A DNA stretch of 64,000 bases from Ignavibacteriota bacterium (GTDB lineage: Bacteria; Bacteroidota; Ignavibacteria; UBA10030; CAVZMI01). The stretch covers positions 44,119-108,118 of the forward strand of contig CAWIHK010000006.1 of NCBI GenBank assembly GCA_963835935.1, given 5' to 3'. Shown here piece after piece: positions 9,270 to 18,070 of this stretch. Both the position numbers and the translations under genes were made by a program. The notes under the pieces are model-generated. The model was not told the origin of the DNA. It made no database searches and was given only the letters and a program-made list of their open reading frames with translations. The number at the start of each line of letters is the position of its first letter. The stretch's first letter is position 1.

Positions 9270-10466
9270 TTATTGACCAATTACATTTTTTAAAGAATCT
9301 AATATTGGTTTCCAATCGACCTGGTAAATGTAATCACCATTGTTTATGTGGCTGGTAAAAAAAAGATAGTTACCATCGGGTGAAATGCAAGGACGGCCTT
9401 CCCAAGTATTATTTGTATTCACCCTTGGCCTGATACTCATGGCTTTTGTCCAAGCACCATTCTTATTAAAACTAATCAGTATATCCTGATTATTTGCATT
9501 TCCGTTAATACAACTTCCAAAAAGTAAATAGCTTTCATCAGGGGCGATGTAAGTTTCTTCAACATCAAATTGGTTTATTCCAGCACCAAGTTCTCTCGGC
9601 TCGCTATATTGATTATTTTCCCAATTAGACCGATATAGTGAATACTTGCCAGATCGATCGGACTCAAAGTATAGATTGCCATTAGCGGCAACCGCCGGTG
9701 AACCCTCAAATCCATTACTATTAATGGGTGAACCTAAATTTCTGGGATTACTCCAGCCTGTCTCAGTTTTGTCAGCCACAAATATATCTAAATTGCCATC
9801 AGTATTCTGGTCGTAGAATATTTTCATTCCATCGGGAGAAATAACAGGAACTTCGACAGAATATTGACCACAAAATTCAGCCGCTTGGGGAATTGTCCAT
9901 TGTCCATCTTTGAATGTAGAATATTTGATGACTACCGGCCCATTATCCTGAGTCACAAAATAATAAGTTTTTCCATCAGGAGCGAATGTAATGCTTTGTG
10001 CTATTGTTGTTCCAGGAATTTCAAAACGCTTCGGATAGGAGATCAGTTGGTCAGATGCATAAGGCTGTTTTCCCTGCGTCGTAAATGTTATCACGCCGCC
10101 GTAGCCTGTGCCGGCGATGTTAGTCGCATAAGCACGAACATAATAAGTTGTATTGGTTATTAAACCGGTAATGTGGCTTGAAAAGCTACCTGTGCCGACA
10201 CTATCAAATGTTTTACTGCTATCAATAGTTGGATTTAGATTTGTCCCCCAGCACACGCCGCGAGCGGTTATCGGAGCGCCGCCATCGTTAGTAATGATGC
10301 CTCCACACACAGCAGTAGTATTTGTTATTGCACTGGCTGCATCTGTTATCAAGACCGGTATAGTCGTGTTTGCCAATGGATTGGTGATGGCGTTATCTTT
10401 TTTACAACTACTTGGAAAAATTAACAATACTGGCAAGAACCAGTAGATACAAATTTTCATTTTCAC
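9270..10466 (-). CDS. Lipoprotein with Ig-like N-terminal domain and TolB-like (PD40) beta-propeller repeats
   Basis: Lipobox FPSSCKK; repeated 'SPDG…LxF/Y…D' motifs (ISPDGMKIFYD, CISPDGNYLFFTS, APDESYLLFGS). Confidence 0.55.
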   Translation of the reverse strand: MKMKICIYWFLPVLLIFPSSCKKDNAITNPLANTTIPVLITDAASAITNTTAVCGGIITNDGGAPITARGVCWGTNLNPTIDSSKTFDSVGTGSFSSHITGLITNTTYYVRAYATNIAGTGYGGVITFTTQGKQPYASDQLISYPKRFEIPGTTIAQSITFAPDGKTYYFVTQDNGPVVIKYSTFKDGQWTIPQAAEFCGQYSVEVPVISPDGMKIFYDQNTDGNLDIFVADKTETGWSNPRNLGSPINSNGFEGSPAVAANGNLYFESDRSGKYSLYRSNWENNQYSEPRELGAGINQFDVEETYIAPDESYLLFGSCINGNANNQDILISFNKNGAWTKAMSIRPRVNTNNTWEGRPCISPDGNYLFFTSHINNGDYIYQVDWKPILDSLKNVIGQ

Positions 10467-10486
10467 GACGTTTCCTTTTTTGATTC

Positions 10487-11830
10487 CTATTTTTGAATAA
10501 CCATTTTTTTTGTTTCAGTGAAATCTTTGGTTGTTAATCTTGCAAAGTAGATACCGCTATCAAGATGTTTTCCATCAAACTTTACTTCATGATCGCCGGC
10601 AGTTTGTTCTTTATCTATTAAAGTTGCAATTTCACGCCCGAGTGAATCGAATATTATTAATTCAACATGCGTCGAGTTTGGAAGTTGATAACGAATAATT
10701 GTATCCGGATTAAACGGGTTTGGATAATTTTGCAATAATGAAAAGTTCTTCAATTCATTTTTATATAGAATACCTGCGTCTTTATTTGTATCATAAGCTT
10801 CTACCGTGCTAAAGTAGGTTCCTGTCCAATCTAAAGTGCCCCCCATAATAAATATCTTGCCATTTATTTCAGCCGCTCCACAATCACTTTTTGCCTCCGA
10901 TAGGTTTGGTAAAAAAGTTTCAGTATTTGCCACAGGATCATATCTGATAGCTTTGTTCGACATACCAGATCCTGACAACCACAAACCACCGAACATATAT
11001 AACTTATTATTGACGACTAATTTTGTAAAGAAGCCAACAGGTGATGTATTAATTTTCTTTGTCCATTTATCGAGGTCCGGGTCATATTCGTTTATATAAG
11101 AATCTGCAATTGAATATATTTTACCATTTATAGTAACTGCCTGGCAAGGAGATTGACTGCTCACGGCGTAAGGCGCCTTTTCCGTCCATGTGTCAGTACT
11201 TATATCGTATTCTTCAATACCTCCAACGGCTGTATATGCCTGTGTCCAACCACAGATTGCGTAAATTTTATTATTCAAACAAACGACAGCAGGCCCTATT
11301 CTTTGTCTCTTCATCTTTGCCTTGATTTCCCAGCTATCATTTTGGGGATCGTACACCTGGACATTATCCAGAGCACTATTATTTGCAGTACCCCCGATGA
11401 TGTATATCTTCCCTTGATAGATTGCGACGCCTATATCATCACAACCCACCGGTAGATTTTTTTTATTAATCCATGTACCGTTTGCCGTATTAAACTCTTC
11501 AATCGTATTGCCTCCAATTTCAAATATTCTCCCGTTTAGTTCTACCAATGAGCCAATATTTATAGAATTTATATTGCCCTTTGTTGTCCAATTATCTGTG
11601 GCAGGATCATAAATATACATGATGCCAGAATTAGTAGCGTATATTTTACCATCGAGCGTGACAACATGAGGACACATAGCTTCCGGCAACGGTTGGCATT
11701 GTTGCCATTCATTTCCGTAGACAGGGCTAGAAAAGATCATTACAATTATTAATTCGGTGAAGATTACTTTTACATTGTTCATAGAAACCTTTCCAATTTT
11801 ATTATTTATTCTGTAATATTTTTTAAACAT
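10487..11830 (-). CDS. Kelch-repeat beta-propeller protein with T9SS C-terminal domain (start may be internal Met ~48 nt downstream)
   Basis: Repeated 'GKIYxIGG…YDPxTDxW' Kelch motifs; C-terminal 'LLQNYPNPFNPDTIIRYQL…' CTD. Confidence 0.7.
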   Translation of the reverse strand: MFKKYYRINNKIGKVSMNNVKVIFTELIIVMIFSSPVYGNEWQQCQPLPEAMCPHVVTLDGKIYATNSGIMYIYDPATDNWTTKGNINSINIGSLVELNGRIFEIGGNTIEEFNTANGTWINKKNLPVGCDDIGVAIYQGKIYIIGGTANNSALDNVQVYDPQNDSWEIKAKMKRQRIGPAVVCLNNKIYAICGWTQAYTAVGGIEEYDISTDTWTEKAPYAVSSQSPCQAVTINGKIYSIADSYINEYDPDLDKWTKKINTSPVGFFTKLVVNNKLYMFGGLWLSGSGMSNKAIRYDPVANTETFLPNLSEAKSDCGAAEINGKIFIMGGTLDWTGTYFSTVEAYDTNKDAGILYKNELKNFSLLQNYPNPFNPDTIIRYQLPNSTHVELIIFDSLGREIATLIDKEQTAGDHEVKFDGKHLDSGIYFARLTTKDFTETKKMVIQK

Positions 11831-11905
11831 CGAATTGATAAACCGTTATAGTTTGGATGATAATCGGAACTGATAAATGTATTCGTTATCATCTCATTCC
11901 GCTTT

Positions 11906-13300
11906 TTATTTTTGAAAAACCATTTTTTTTGTTTCAGTGAAATCATTGGCAGTCAATCGTGCAAAGTATATCCCGCTATTCAGTTGGTTGCAGTCAAACT
12001 TTGCTTCATGCTTTCCAGCAGTTTGCTCTTTATCCACTAAAGTTATAATCTCGCGTCCGAGCAAATCGAATATTTTCAATTCAACATGCGTCGAGTTTGA
12101 AAGTTGATAACGAATAATTGTATCCGGATTGAACGGGTTTGGATAATTTTGTAATAGTGAAAAGTCCTTCAATTTATTTTTATTCAGAATACCTACATCT
12201 TTTTTTGTATCATAAGCTTCTACTCTGTTAAAGTAAGTTTCATTATTACCAATCCAATCGCTTCCGCCCATTATGAAAATTTTTCCATCGATTTCTGCCG
12301 CTCCCATGCCCCATTTTGGCTCTGACAGATTCGGCAGTGAAGTCAAAGAATTAGTGGAAGGATCATATTTCAACGCCTTGTTTGATCGGCATTCACCGGC
12401 ATTCAAATGTCCTCCAAACATATACACCTGATTATTGATGGCGAGTTTTGCAAAATCGCCGATCGGCGGGATGTGAATTTTCACAGTCCATGTATCGAGT
12501 TCAGGATCATATTCATTGATGTGGGTATCAGTTTGGGAACCAGTACCTTCAGAAAAAATTGAATAAATTTTTCCATTGATGGCAACTGCCTGGCAAAGAG
12601 AGAGGCCGAGAGTGTATTTAGCTTTTTCTGTCCACGTGTCTTTCATAACATCGTATTCTTCAATACCGCCTACAGTTGAATAATTATCATTATCTCCGAT
12701 GAAACCACTGATTGCATAAATATTTCCATTTAGACTAACTATAGCCGGCCATCTCCTTTGTTTTAGCATTTTTGCTTTAGTTTTCCAGGTATCATTCTGT
12801 GGATCGTACACCATTACATCATTACAAGCAGAAACTGAAATGCTTTTTCCAACGGAATCTGCTCTGAAGCCGCCAATGACAAATATCTTATTTTGAACAA
12901 TTGCTATTCCCATATCAGATCGTGGAAGAGGCATGCTGTTCTTCATCCCCCAACTGCCTGATGATATATCATATTCTTCAACGGCTGAAGTGGCGACATT
13001 GTTTTGCGTCATACCACCGATCGCAAAAATCCTTCCGTTCGTTTCCACCAGATTGAATCCGTATCGGATCGTATTCATTGCACCTTTTTTAACCCATGTA
13101 TCATTTGCAGGATCGTATATAAATGTTGCGCAGGGACCGGTCCCAGATCCTACTGCATAAATTATTCCGTTTACCGCTACAACTGCAGGGGACATTGCTT
13201 CGAGTAATGGTTTACATTGCTGCCATGTATTTCCATACATTGGATTAGAAAAGATCAGTACCATCACCAACGCGGTGATGATGAGTTTTATATTATTCAT
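11906..13300 (-). CDS. Kelch-repeat beta-propeller protein with T9SS C-terminal domain, tandem paralog
   Basis: Same architecture and highly similar CTD-coding DNA as 10487..11830. Confidence 0.7.
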   Translation of the reverse strand: MNNIKLIITALVMVLIFSNPMYGNTWQQCKPLLEAMSPAVVAVNGIIYAVGSGTGPCATFIYDPANDTWVKKGAMNTIRYGFNLVETNGRIFAIGGMTQNNVATSAVEEYDISSGSWGMKNSMPLPRSDMGIAIVQNKIFVIGGFRADSVGKSISVSACNDVMVYDPQNDTWKTKAKMLKQRRWPAIVSLNGNIYAISGFIGDNDNYSTVGGIEEYDVMKDTWTEKAKYTLGLSLCQAVAINGKIYSIFSEGTGSQTDTHINEYDPELDTWTVKIHIPPIGDFAKLAINNQVYMFGGHLNAGECRSNKALKYDPSTNSLTSLPNLSEPKWGMGAAEIDGKIFIMGGSDWIGNNETYFNRVEAYDTKKDVGILNKNKLKDFSLLQNYPNPFNPDTIIRYQLSNSTHVELKIFDLLGREIITLVDKEQTAGKHEAKFDCNQLNSGIYFARLTANDFTETKKMVFQK

Positions 13301-13487
13301 GATACATTCCTTACATTGATTAGAATCTTTATACTCTTCGTATCCTTTGGGTTAATTACATGACCTTCATCACCATAGAAATCAGAAACTGAAAACATGG
13401 TAATGGATCACACCATATTCAGCATGTACTTGATTTTATGTAACTCACGTTACGTAAAGGAGAAATTCCTCCGGAAGTTCTGAAGGA

Positions 13488-13956
13488 ATGCCTTCGGCAG
13501 AGCCCCTTTGGGATAAATGACAATCCCACGAATCCCAAATCCCGCTGTATGGGATCCCGTCACATTAAAAAATATTATTGTGACGGGACAAATCCAATAT
13601 TAATTCAAAATCTATTAATTATACGGACAAAGACGTGCGTTTTCCAACATGACATTTGTCATTATGGACGGACATTTGTCATCAAGCATTTCTGACTGAT
13701 GTTACGCAAAGAGCCATTTCCTGTAATGGTCACTTCTGCCGAAGGCATGGCTTCGCCAGATACGATCCCGACTTCCGTCGGGATCACACCTCACCATGTT
13801 CGGTGCATCGCTCAGTGACCATGCTAATTTGCTGTGACACCGAGCATAGCCGAAGTGTCGGTTACCGAGTGATCCGCCAGTCTCTTTGGCGAATTCTATC
13901 GAGGTAACCCATAAACGCGAAAGTTCATGATTATTATCATTCTGCGTAACATCAGT
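13488..13956. repeat. Intergenic region with two nested 14-bp perfect inverted-repeat pairs and GC hairpins (MITE-like / structured element)
   Basis: atgccttcggcaga (13488) vs tctgccgaaggcat (13736); actgatgttacgca (13695) vs tgcgtaacatcagt (13942); hairpin gatcccgacttccgtcgggatc (~13773). Confidence 0.45.
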
Positions 13957-14038
13957 TACTAAATATTTTTATTCTAGTGGTGTGAAATCTGATAGGAAAA
14001 GATCAAGTTAGTGTAGATGAGAATTTTCTGATGTTTGA

Positions 14039-14685
14039 TCAGACCAAGTTATTCTTTACGGCATAAACCGCCAGTTGGGTGCGATCTTTTAATTGAAGCT
14101 TATTGAGGATGGTGGAGATATTATTTCGTATTGATCCCGGGCTTAAATCGAGTGTGGCTGCAATCTCTTTATTGCTTTGTCCGAACACAATCAATTGGAT
14201 AATTTTTTTTCTTTTTCCGTCAACTCCAAATTTTCTGCCGGTTGCATCGCAGGATGATTATCTTCCGACGAGACAATGGTATTCTTCAGGATTTGATAAC
14301 TCTCCGGATGAAAAACCTGCAAACCGCTTGCAACGCTTTTTATCGTCAAGATCAAATCTGATGGATTGATATCTTTCAACAAGTATCCATCTGCGCCTTT
14401 TTTCATCGCTTCAACGATCTTCTCCGGTTCATTGAATGTGGTGAGGATCAAAATTTTGATCTCTGGAAATTCTTCTTTTATTATTCGTGTTCCTTCAATG
14501 CCGTCCATAACAGGCATCACGATATTGAGCAAGAAAACGTCGGGGTGGAAAGACCGGCAGATTTCGTATGCCTCTTTTCCATTTGCGGCACACGCGATGA
14601 CGGAAATATCCGGGTCCTGTTCGATAAGGAACTTCAAACTTTCTCGAATGATAATCTGATCTTCAGCAATCGCAATTCGAATCAT
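14039..14685 (-). pseudogene. NarL/LuxR-family response regulator with -1 frameshift in an A8 (plus-strand T8, 14203..14210) homopolymer; receiver ORF 14191..14685 and out-of-frame LuxR HTH 14039..~14200
   Basis: Receiver 'MIRIAIAEDQ…LLNIVMPVMDG…'; downstream frame encodes '…IIQLIVFGQSNKEIAATLDLSPGSIRNNISTILNKLQLKDRTQLAVYAVKN' (LuxR HTH); adding one A to the run restores a single ~214-aa ORF. Confidence 0.7.
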
Positions 14686-16478
14686 TCTAGCACTGTATCC
14701 TCTCTTAATTCCTTATCAGCATTGGATTGTTCCTTTATCGGAATTTCAATATAAATGCTGAAACCGCTTTCTCCGTCAGAGCCGTATTTTAACCATCCGC
14801 CCAACTCGGAGACCCGATGCTCCATGTTTGTAAGTCCATTTCCACGCTGAATATTTTGACATCCCACACCATCATCTATCAGGAACAATTTCAGCGAAGG
14901 AGGGACATTGCGAAGAATGAGAGTGATATGTTGTGCATGGCCATGTTTGACCGCATTTGTTAATCCTTCCTGGATGATTCGGTATATATGGTGCATCCAC
15001 GGCGAAACATCTGTGTCGTTCAATCCTTCAAAAGTTAACGAGACTTCAATTCCGGAAATCTCAAAAGTCTTTTTCAAATTCAGAAGAGTTTCATAAAAAG
15101 AATTTTGAGATAGGTGTGAGGAAGATAAGCCGTTGATAGATCGGCGGAGTTCCTGAAGTCCGTCACGAGCAATCGCGATAGCTTCAATCAGTTTTTCTTT
15201 TGTGCGTTGCGCATCCTTCGAGCACGTAATTTCGCAAACCTGAAGCAGTGCGATGAGTATAGTCATTGTGTGTCCGATGGTGTCGTGTGCTTCCCGCGCA
15301 AATCGGTTTCTTTCTTCCATGATAGCGAGTTTCTGCATCAACTCCGATTGGCGCTGAAGCTGCGTGTTAGCCTCCGAGAGTTCTTGATTCGTACGGAAGA
15401 GAGTTTCGTTTGCTCGCTGAAGATTCGATTGGACGAGACGGAACTCGGTAATTTCCTGAAGCGTGATGATTCTTCCCAACACTTTCGATCGCTTGTGATA
15501 ATAAGGTTGGATCCCGATATGTAAAATGATAGTTTCGGTCGAATGCAGTATAATTTCTCCTGTGAAATTTAAAAATGAAGGATCACCGAGCGCCTGTATG
15601 GTTTCATTGTCCACTGCATCCGCGGATAACGCTTTTCCGAAAGCACCGATGAATGAGGAGATATCATCATCGGATTCGATGACCCGAAAGCGAGAAAAAA
15701 GTTTTTTAACCGATGCATTGGCATTCATGATTTTATTTCGTCGGTCAACGACAATAATACCTTGACTAACGGAATCGAATAATTCAGAAAACGCATACGG
15801 TGTGATATTCAAAAACCTGTAACGGAAAGTTACGAAAGCAAAAATAAAGATCGTCAGGCAGAAACATAACGGTGTTGTATCGATTCCATAGACATAATAA
15901 GATGCATGAAGAATATGAAGATGGTAATTTTGTTGTATGTTGGCCGCCAATGGCAGTAGAAGCGCGCTAATCAGGAGAATCGATTGTTGTTTCATCGTGC
16001 CGATATTCTTGAATGCATAGATAATTAAGAGAATCATCCCTACGAAGAGATATCCATAAGAAAATAAAATATGTAGTAGGAAAAGGATAAAGGGTTTGTT
16101 TGGGAAATGAAATAATAAAAAGAATATGATGGAGGGTATCCAGAGAATTTTCATCCATCGCTTATTATGACAAATGGGCGCATTAGTATAGAAGAGTGAA
16201 AATGTGAGCCATGACGGACCGCTAAATGCAGTTACTGTCGCTTCAAGCGTCAGGAAGACAGGAAAAGCGAATGGTTCGAGCTGGTCCTGCTGGCCTCCCA
16301 GCAAGACCATGCCACGAATAAGGTCATGGAAAATCCATAGAAAAATTACAACCTGAAAACCAAGAAAGGAGAATAACAAGGAATTGTGTTTTCCATTCAA
16401 ATAAAAATAGAAAATGGAAAAGCTGACCAGCAGGAGTGCCGCAATATAAATGAGAATTTGGAACGATGCCGGAAGCAT
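14682..16478 (-). CDS. Sensor histidine kinase (multi-TM N-terminus, PAS, HisKA_3/NarX-type, HATPase_c)
   Basis: ~7 hydrophobic segments; 'EERNRFAREAHDTIGHTMT' H-box; C-terminal ATPase motifs; 4-nt overlap with the RR gene. Confidence 0.8.
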   Translation of the reverse strand: MLPASFQILIYIAALLLVSFSIFYFYLNGKHNSLLFSFLGFQVVIFLWIFHDLIRGMVLLGGQQDQLEPFAFPVFLTLEATVTAFSGPSWLTFSLFYTNAPICHNKRWMKILWIPSIIFFLLFHFPNKPFILFLLHILFSYGYLFVGMILLIIYAFKNIGTMKQQSILLISALLLPLAANIQQNYHLHILHASYYVYGIDTTPLCFCLTIFIFAFVTFRYRFLNITPYAFSELFDSVSQGIIVVDRRNKIMNANASVKKLFSRFRVIESDDDISSFIGAFGKALSADAVDNETIQALGDPSFLNFTGEIILHSTETIILHIGIQPYYHKRSKVLGRIITLQEITEFRLVQSNLQRANETLFRTNQELSEANTQLQRQSELMQKLAIMEERNRFAREAHDTIGHTMTILIALLQVCEITCSKDAQRTKEKLIEAIAIARDGLQELRRSINGLSSSHLSQNSFYETLLNLKKTFEISGIEVSLTFEGLNDTDVSPWMHHIYRIIQEGLTNAVKHGHAQHITLILRNVPPSLKLFLIDDGVGCQNIQRGNGLTNMEHRVSELGGWLKYGSDGESGFSIYIEIPIKEQSNADKELREDTVLE

Positions 16479-16588
16479 TATCTGTAATACTTATCCTGAA
16501 AAATAAAATATATGAAAGATGTAGAATTCTAATAATAATTGCAACTAATCCATTTCTTGTTTCATGATTGATAAAGAGATGATTGTGT

Positions 16589-18070
16589 CTAGCGTCTGAA
16601 CTTCGTCATTGCCGCCGCTATTGAATCCTGCAAACTCCGGAAAGGATGAGCTGTACTCACATAGTTTTCCATCATAATCGAAAACGCGAGAAGTTCACCG
16701 TTAACGGTTTCTGCGTAACCGGAGAGAGCGCTGGCTCCGGTGATTGTTCCGGTTTTTGCAAAAATTTTTCTTTCGGCGGCTGACTTTTTCATACGCGATT
16801 GCAACGTTCCGGATAAACCGCCGATTGGCAAACTTTTCTTGAATAATGGAAAAAGTTCTTTTTCTTTTGCCATGCCGTAAAGAATAGTTACAAGTGCATC
16901 CGGACTTATTAAATTATATGACGATATTCCTGAGCCATCGACAATCATGTATTGTGATGTATCGATGCTCATCGAAGCGAGAATATTTTTTTCAATTTTC
17001 AATCCGTTGAATGTAGAACCCGGGCATGTATCGTGTTCTGCCGCGGCAGTTTTTAGAATATTTTCCGCCGAAAGATTATCACTCATCTGATTCATATTAA
17101 TAAGTACAGTATCAATTCCCCATGAGTGATCAGCAAGAATATGGCATCCCGGATTGATAACACCCAGTTTCGACATACTGTCGATGATAATTCCTTTTTG
17201 CTCAAATAGTTGGCGTGCGATATCCAGAGTAAAAAGTTCTGGTTTCCAAATATTCAAATCATAATGTTGGATAGCCGATTGCAACGGAAGCGAACCTTGA
17301 ATCTTTATGATATTTTCTTCAGGCCGGATCGATCGAGTTACGTCCAGCGTTTGCGCGGAACTATCCGGGCCTGTAATCCCTTCATTCTGAATTGTAACAT
17401 ACGATGTCCATGGTGAGACGGCGACTCGAAGAGGTTTCTTTTCTTCCTCGCCAGGCTTTACAAAAATTTTAACACAATTATTATTAATGCTTAGCGGTGT
17501 GATGTGCATAGCGAAATCGAATGGGTCGTCGTCCCACATCCAGCCTGTTCCCCAATCTTTTGAATCGAAATAACTAACATCACCGACGAGTGAACCTTTT
17601 ACATGCTTCAATCCCTGTCGTGCAAGCGAGTTAATCAGTGTGTCGAGCTGTTCGATTGTAAAATCCGGATTGCCGGATCCTTTAAGATATAGCGAGCCTT
17701 CAAGAGTTCCATTTTTATTAATAGATGTGTCGGCATAAAATCGTGTGTGGAAAGAAAAGTGTGGGCCAAGTGTTTTTAAGGCGGCGACAGTCGTCAGCAA
17801 TTTTGTGTTCGACGCGGGATGAAATAACTTTTTGCTGTCATGTTCGTAAAGGACATCATTGTTGGTGACTGAGACGATTTTAATTCCTACCTGTGCCTGA
17901 GAAAAAATTGAATCTTGAAGGATTCGATTTATTCTTGATTGAAATTCCGAAGGTGATTTTTGTTTTTCAGGATGCGTAAGCGATGCAACGTGTGTTGTGC
18001 GGCATCCGCTGACGATTAGTGTTAAGCAAAGTAGAAAGAGAAAAGAATAAACATGTTGAACCGTTTTCAA
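16589..18070 (-). CDS. dacB: D-alanyl-D-alanine carboxypeptidase/endopeptidase, PBP4 family (S13)
   Basis: Signal/lipobox; 'PASNTKLLTTVAAL' SxxK motif; 'SGSG', 'KTGT' motifs. Confidence 0.75.
   Translation of the reverse strand: MKTVQHVYSFLFLLCLTLIVSGCRTTHVASLTHPEKQKSPSEFQSRINRILQDSIFSQAQVGIKIVSVTNNDVLYEHDSKKLFHPASNTKLLTTVAALKTLGPHFSFHTRFYADTSINKNGTLEGSLYLKGSGNPDFTIEQLDTLINSLARQGLKHVKGSLVGDVSYFDSKDWGTGWMWDDDPFDFAMHITPLSINNNCVKIFVKPGEEEKKPLRVAVSPWTSYVTIQNEGITGPDSSAQTLDVTRSIRPEENIIKIQGSLPLQSAIQHYDLNIWKPELFTLDIARQLFEQKGIIIDSMSKLGVINPGCHILADHSWGIDTVLINMNQMSDNLSAENILKTAAAEHDTCPGSTFNGLKIEKNILASMSIDTSQYMIVDGSGISSYNLISPDALVTILYGMAKEKELFPLFKKSLPIGGLSGTLQSRMKKSAAERKIFAKTGTITGASALSGYAETVNGELLAFSIMMENYVSTAHPFRSLQDSIAAAMTKFRR

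Noticed and set aside
11771-11830. Exact start codon of the first Kelch gene
   Set aside because: My hand-read of the T-run near 11820 disagreed by one base with the frame implied by the ORF track. I defer to the ORF-track coordinates and note an alternative internal start (MNNVKV…) matching the paralog's N-terminus.
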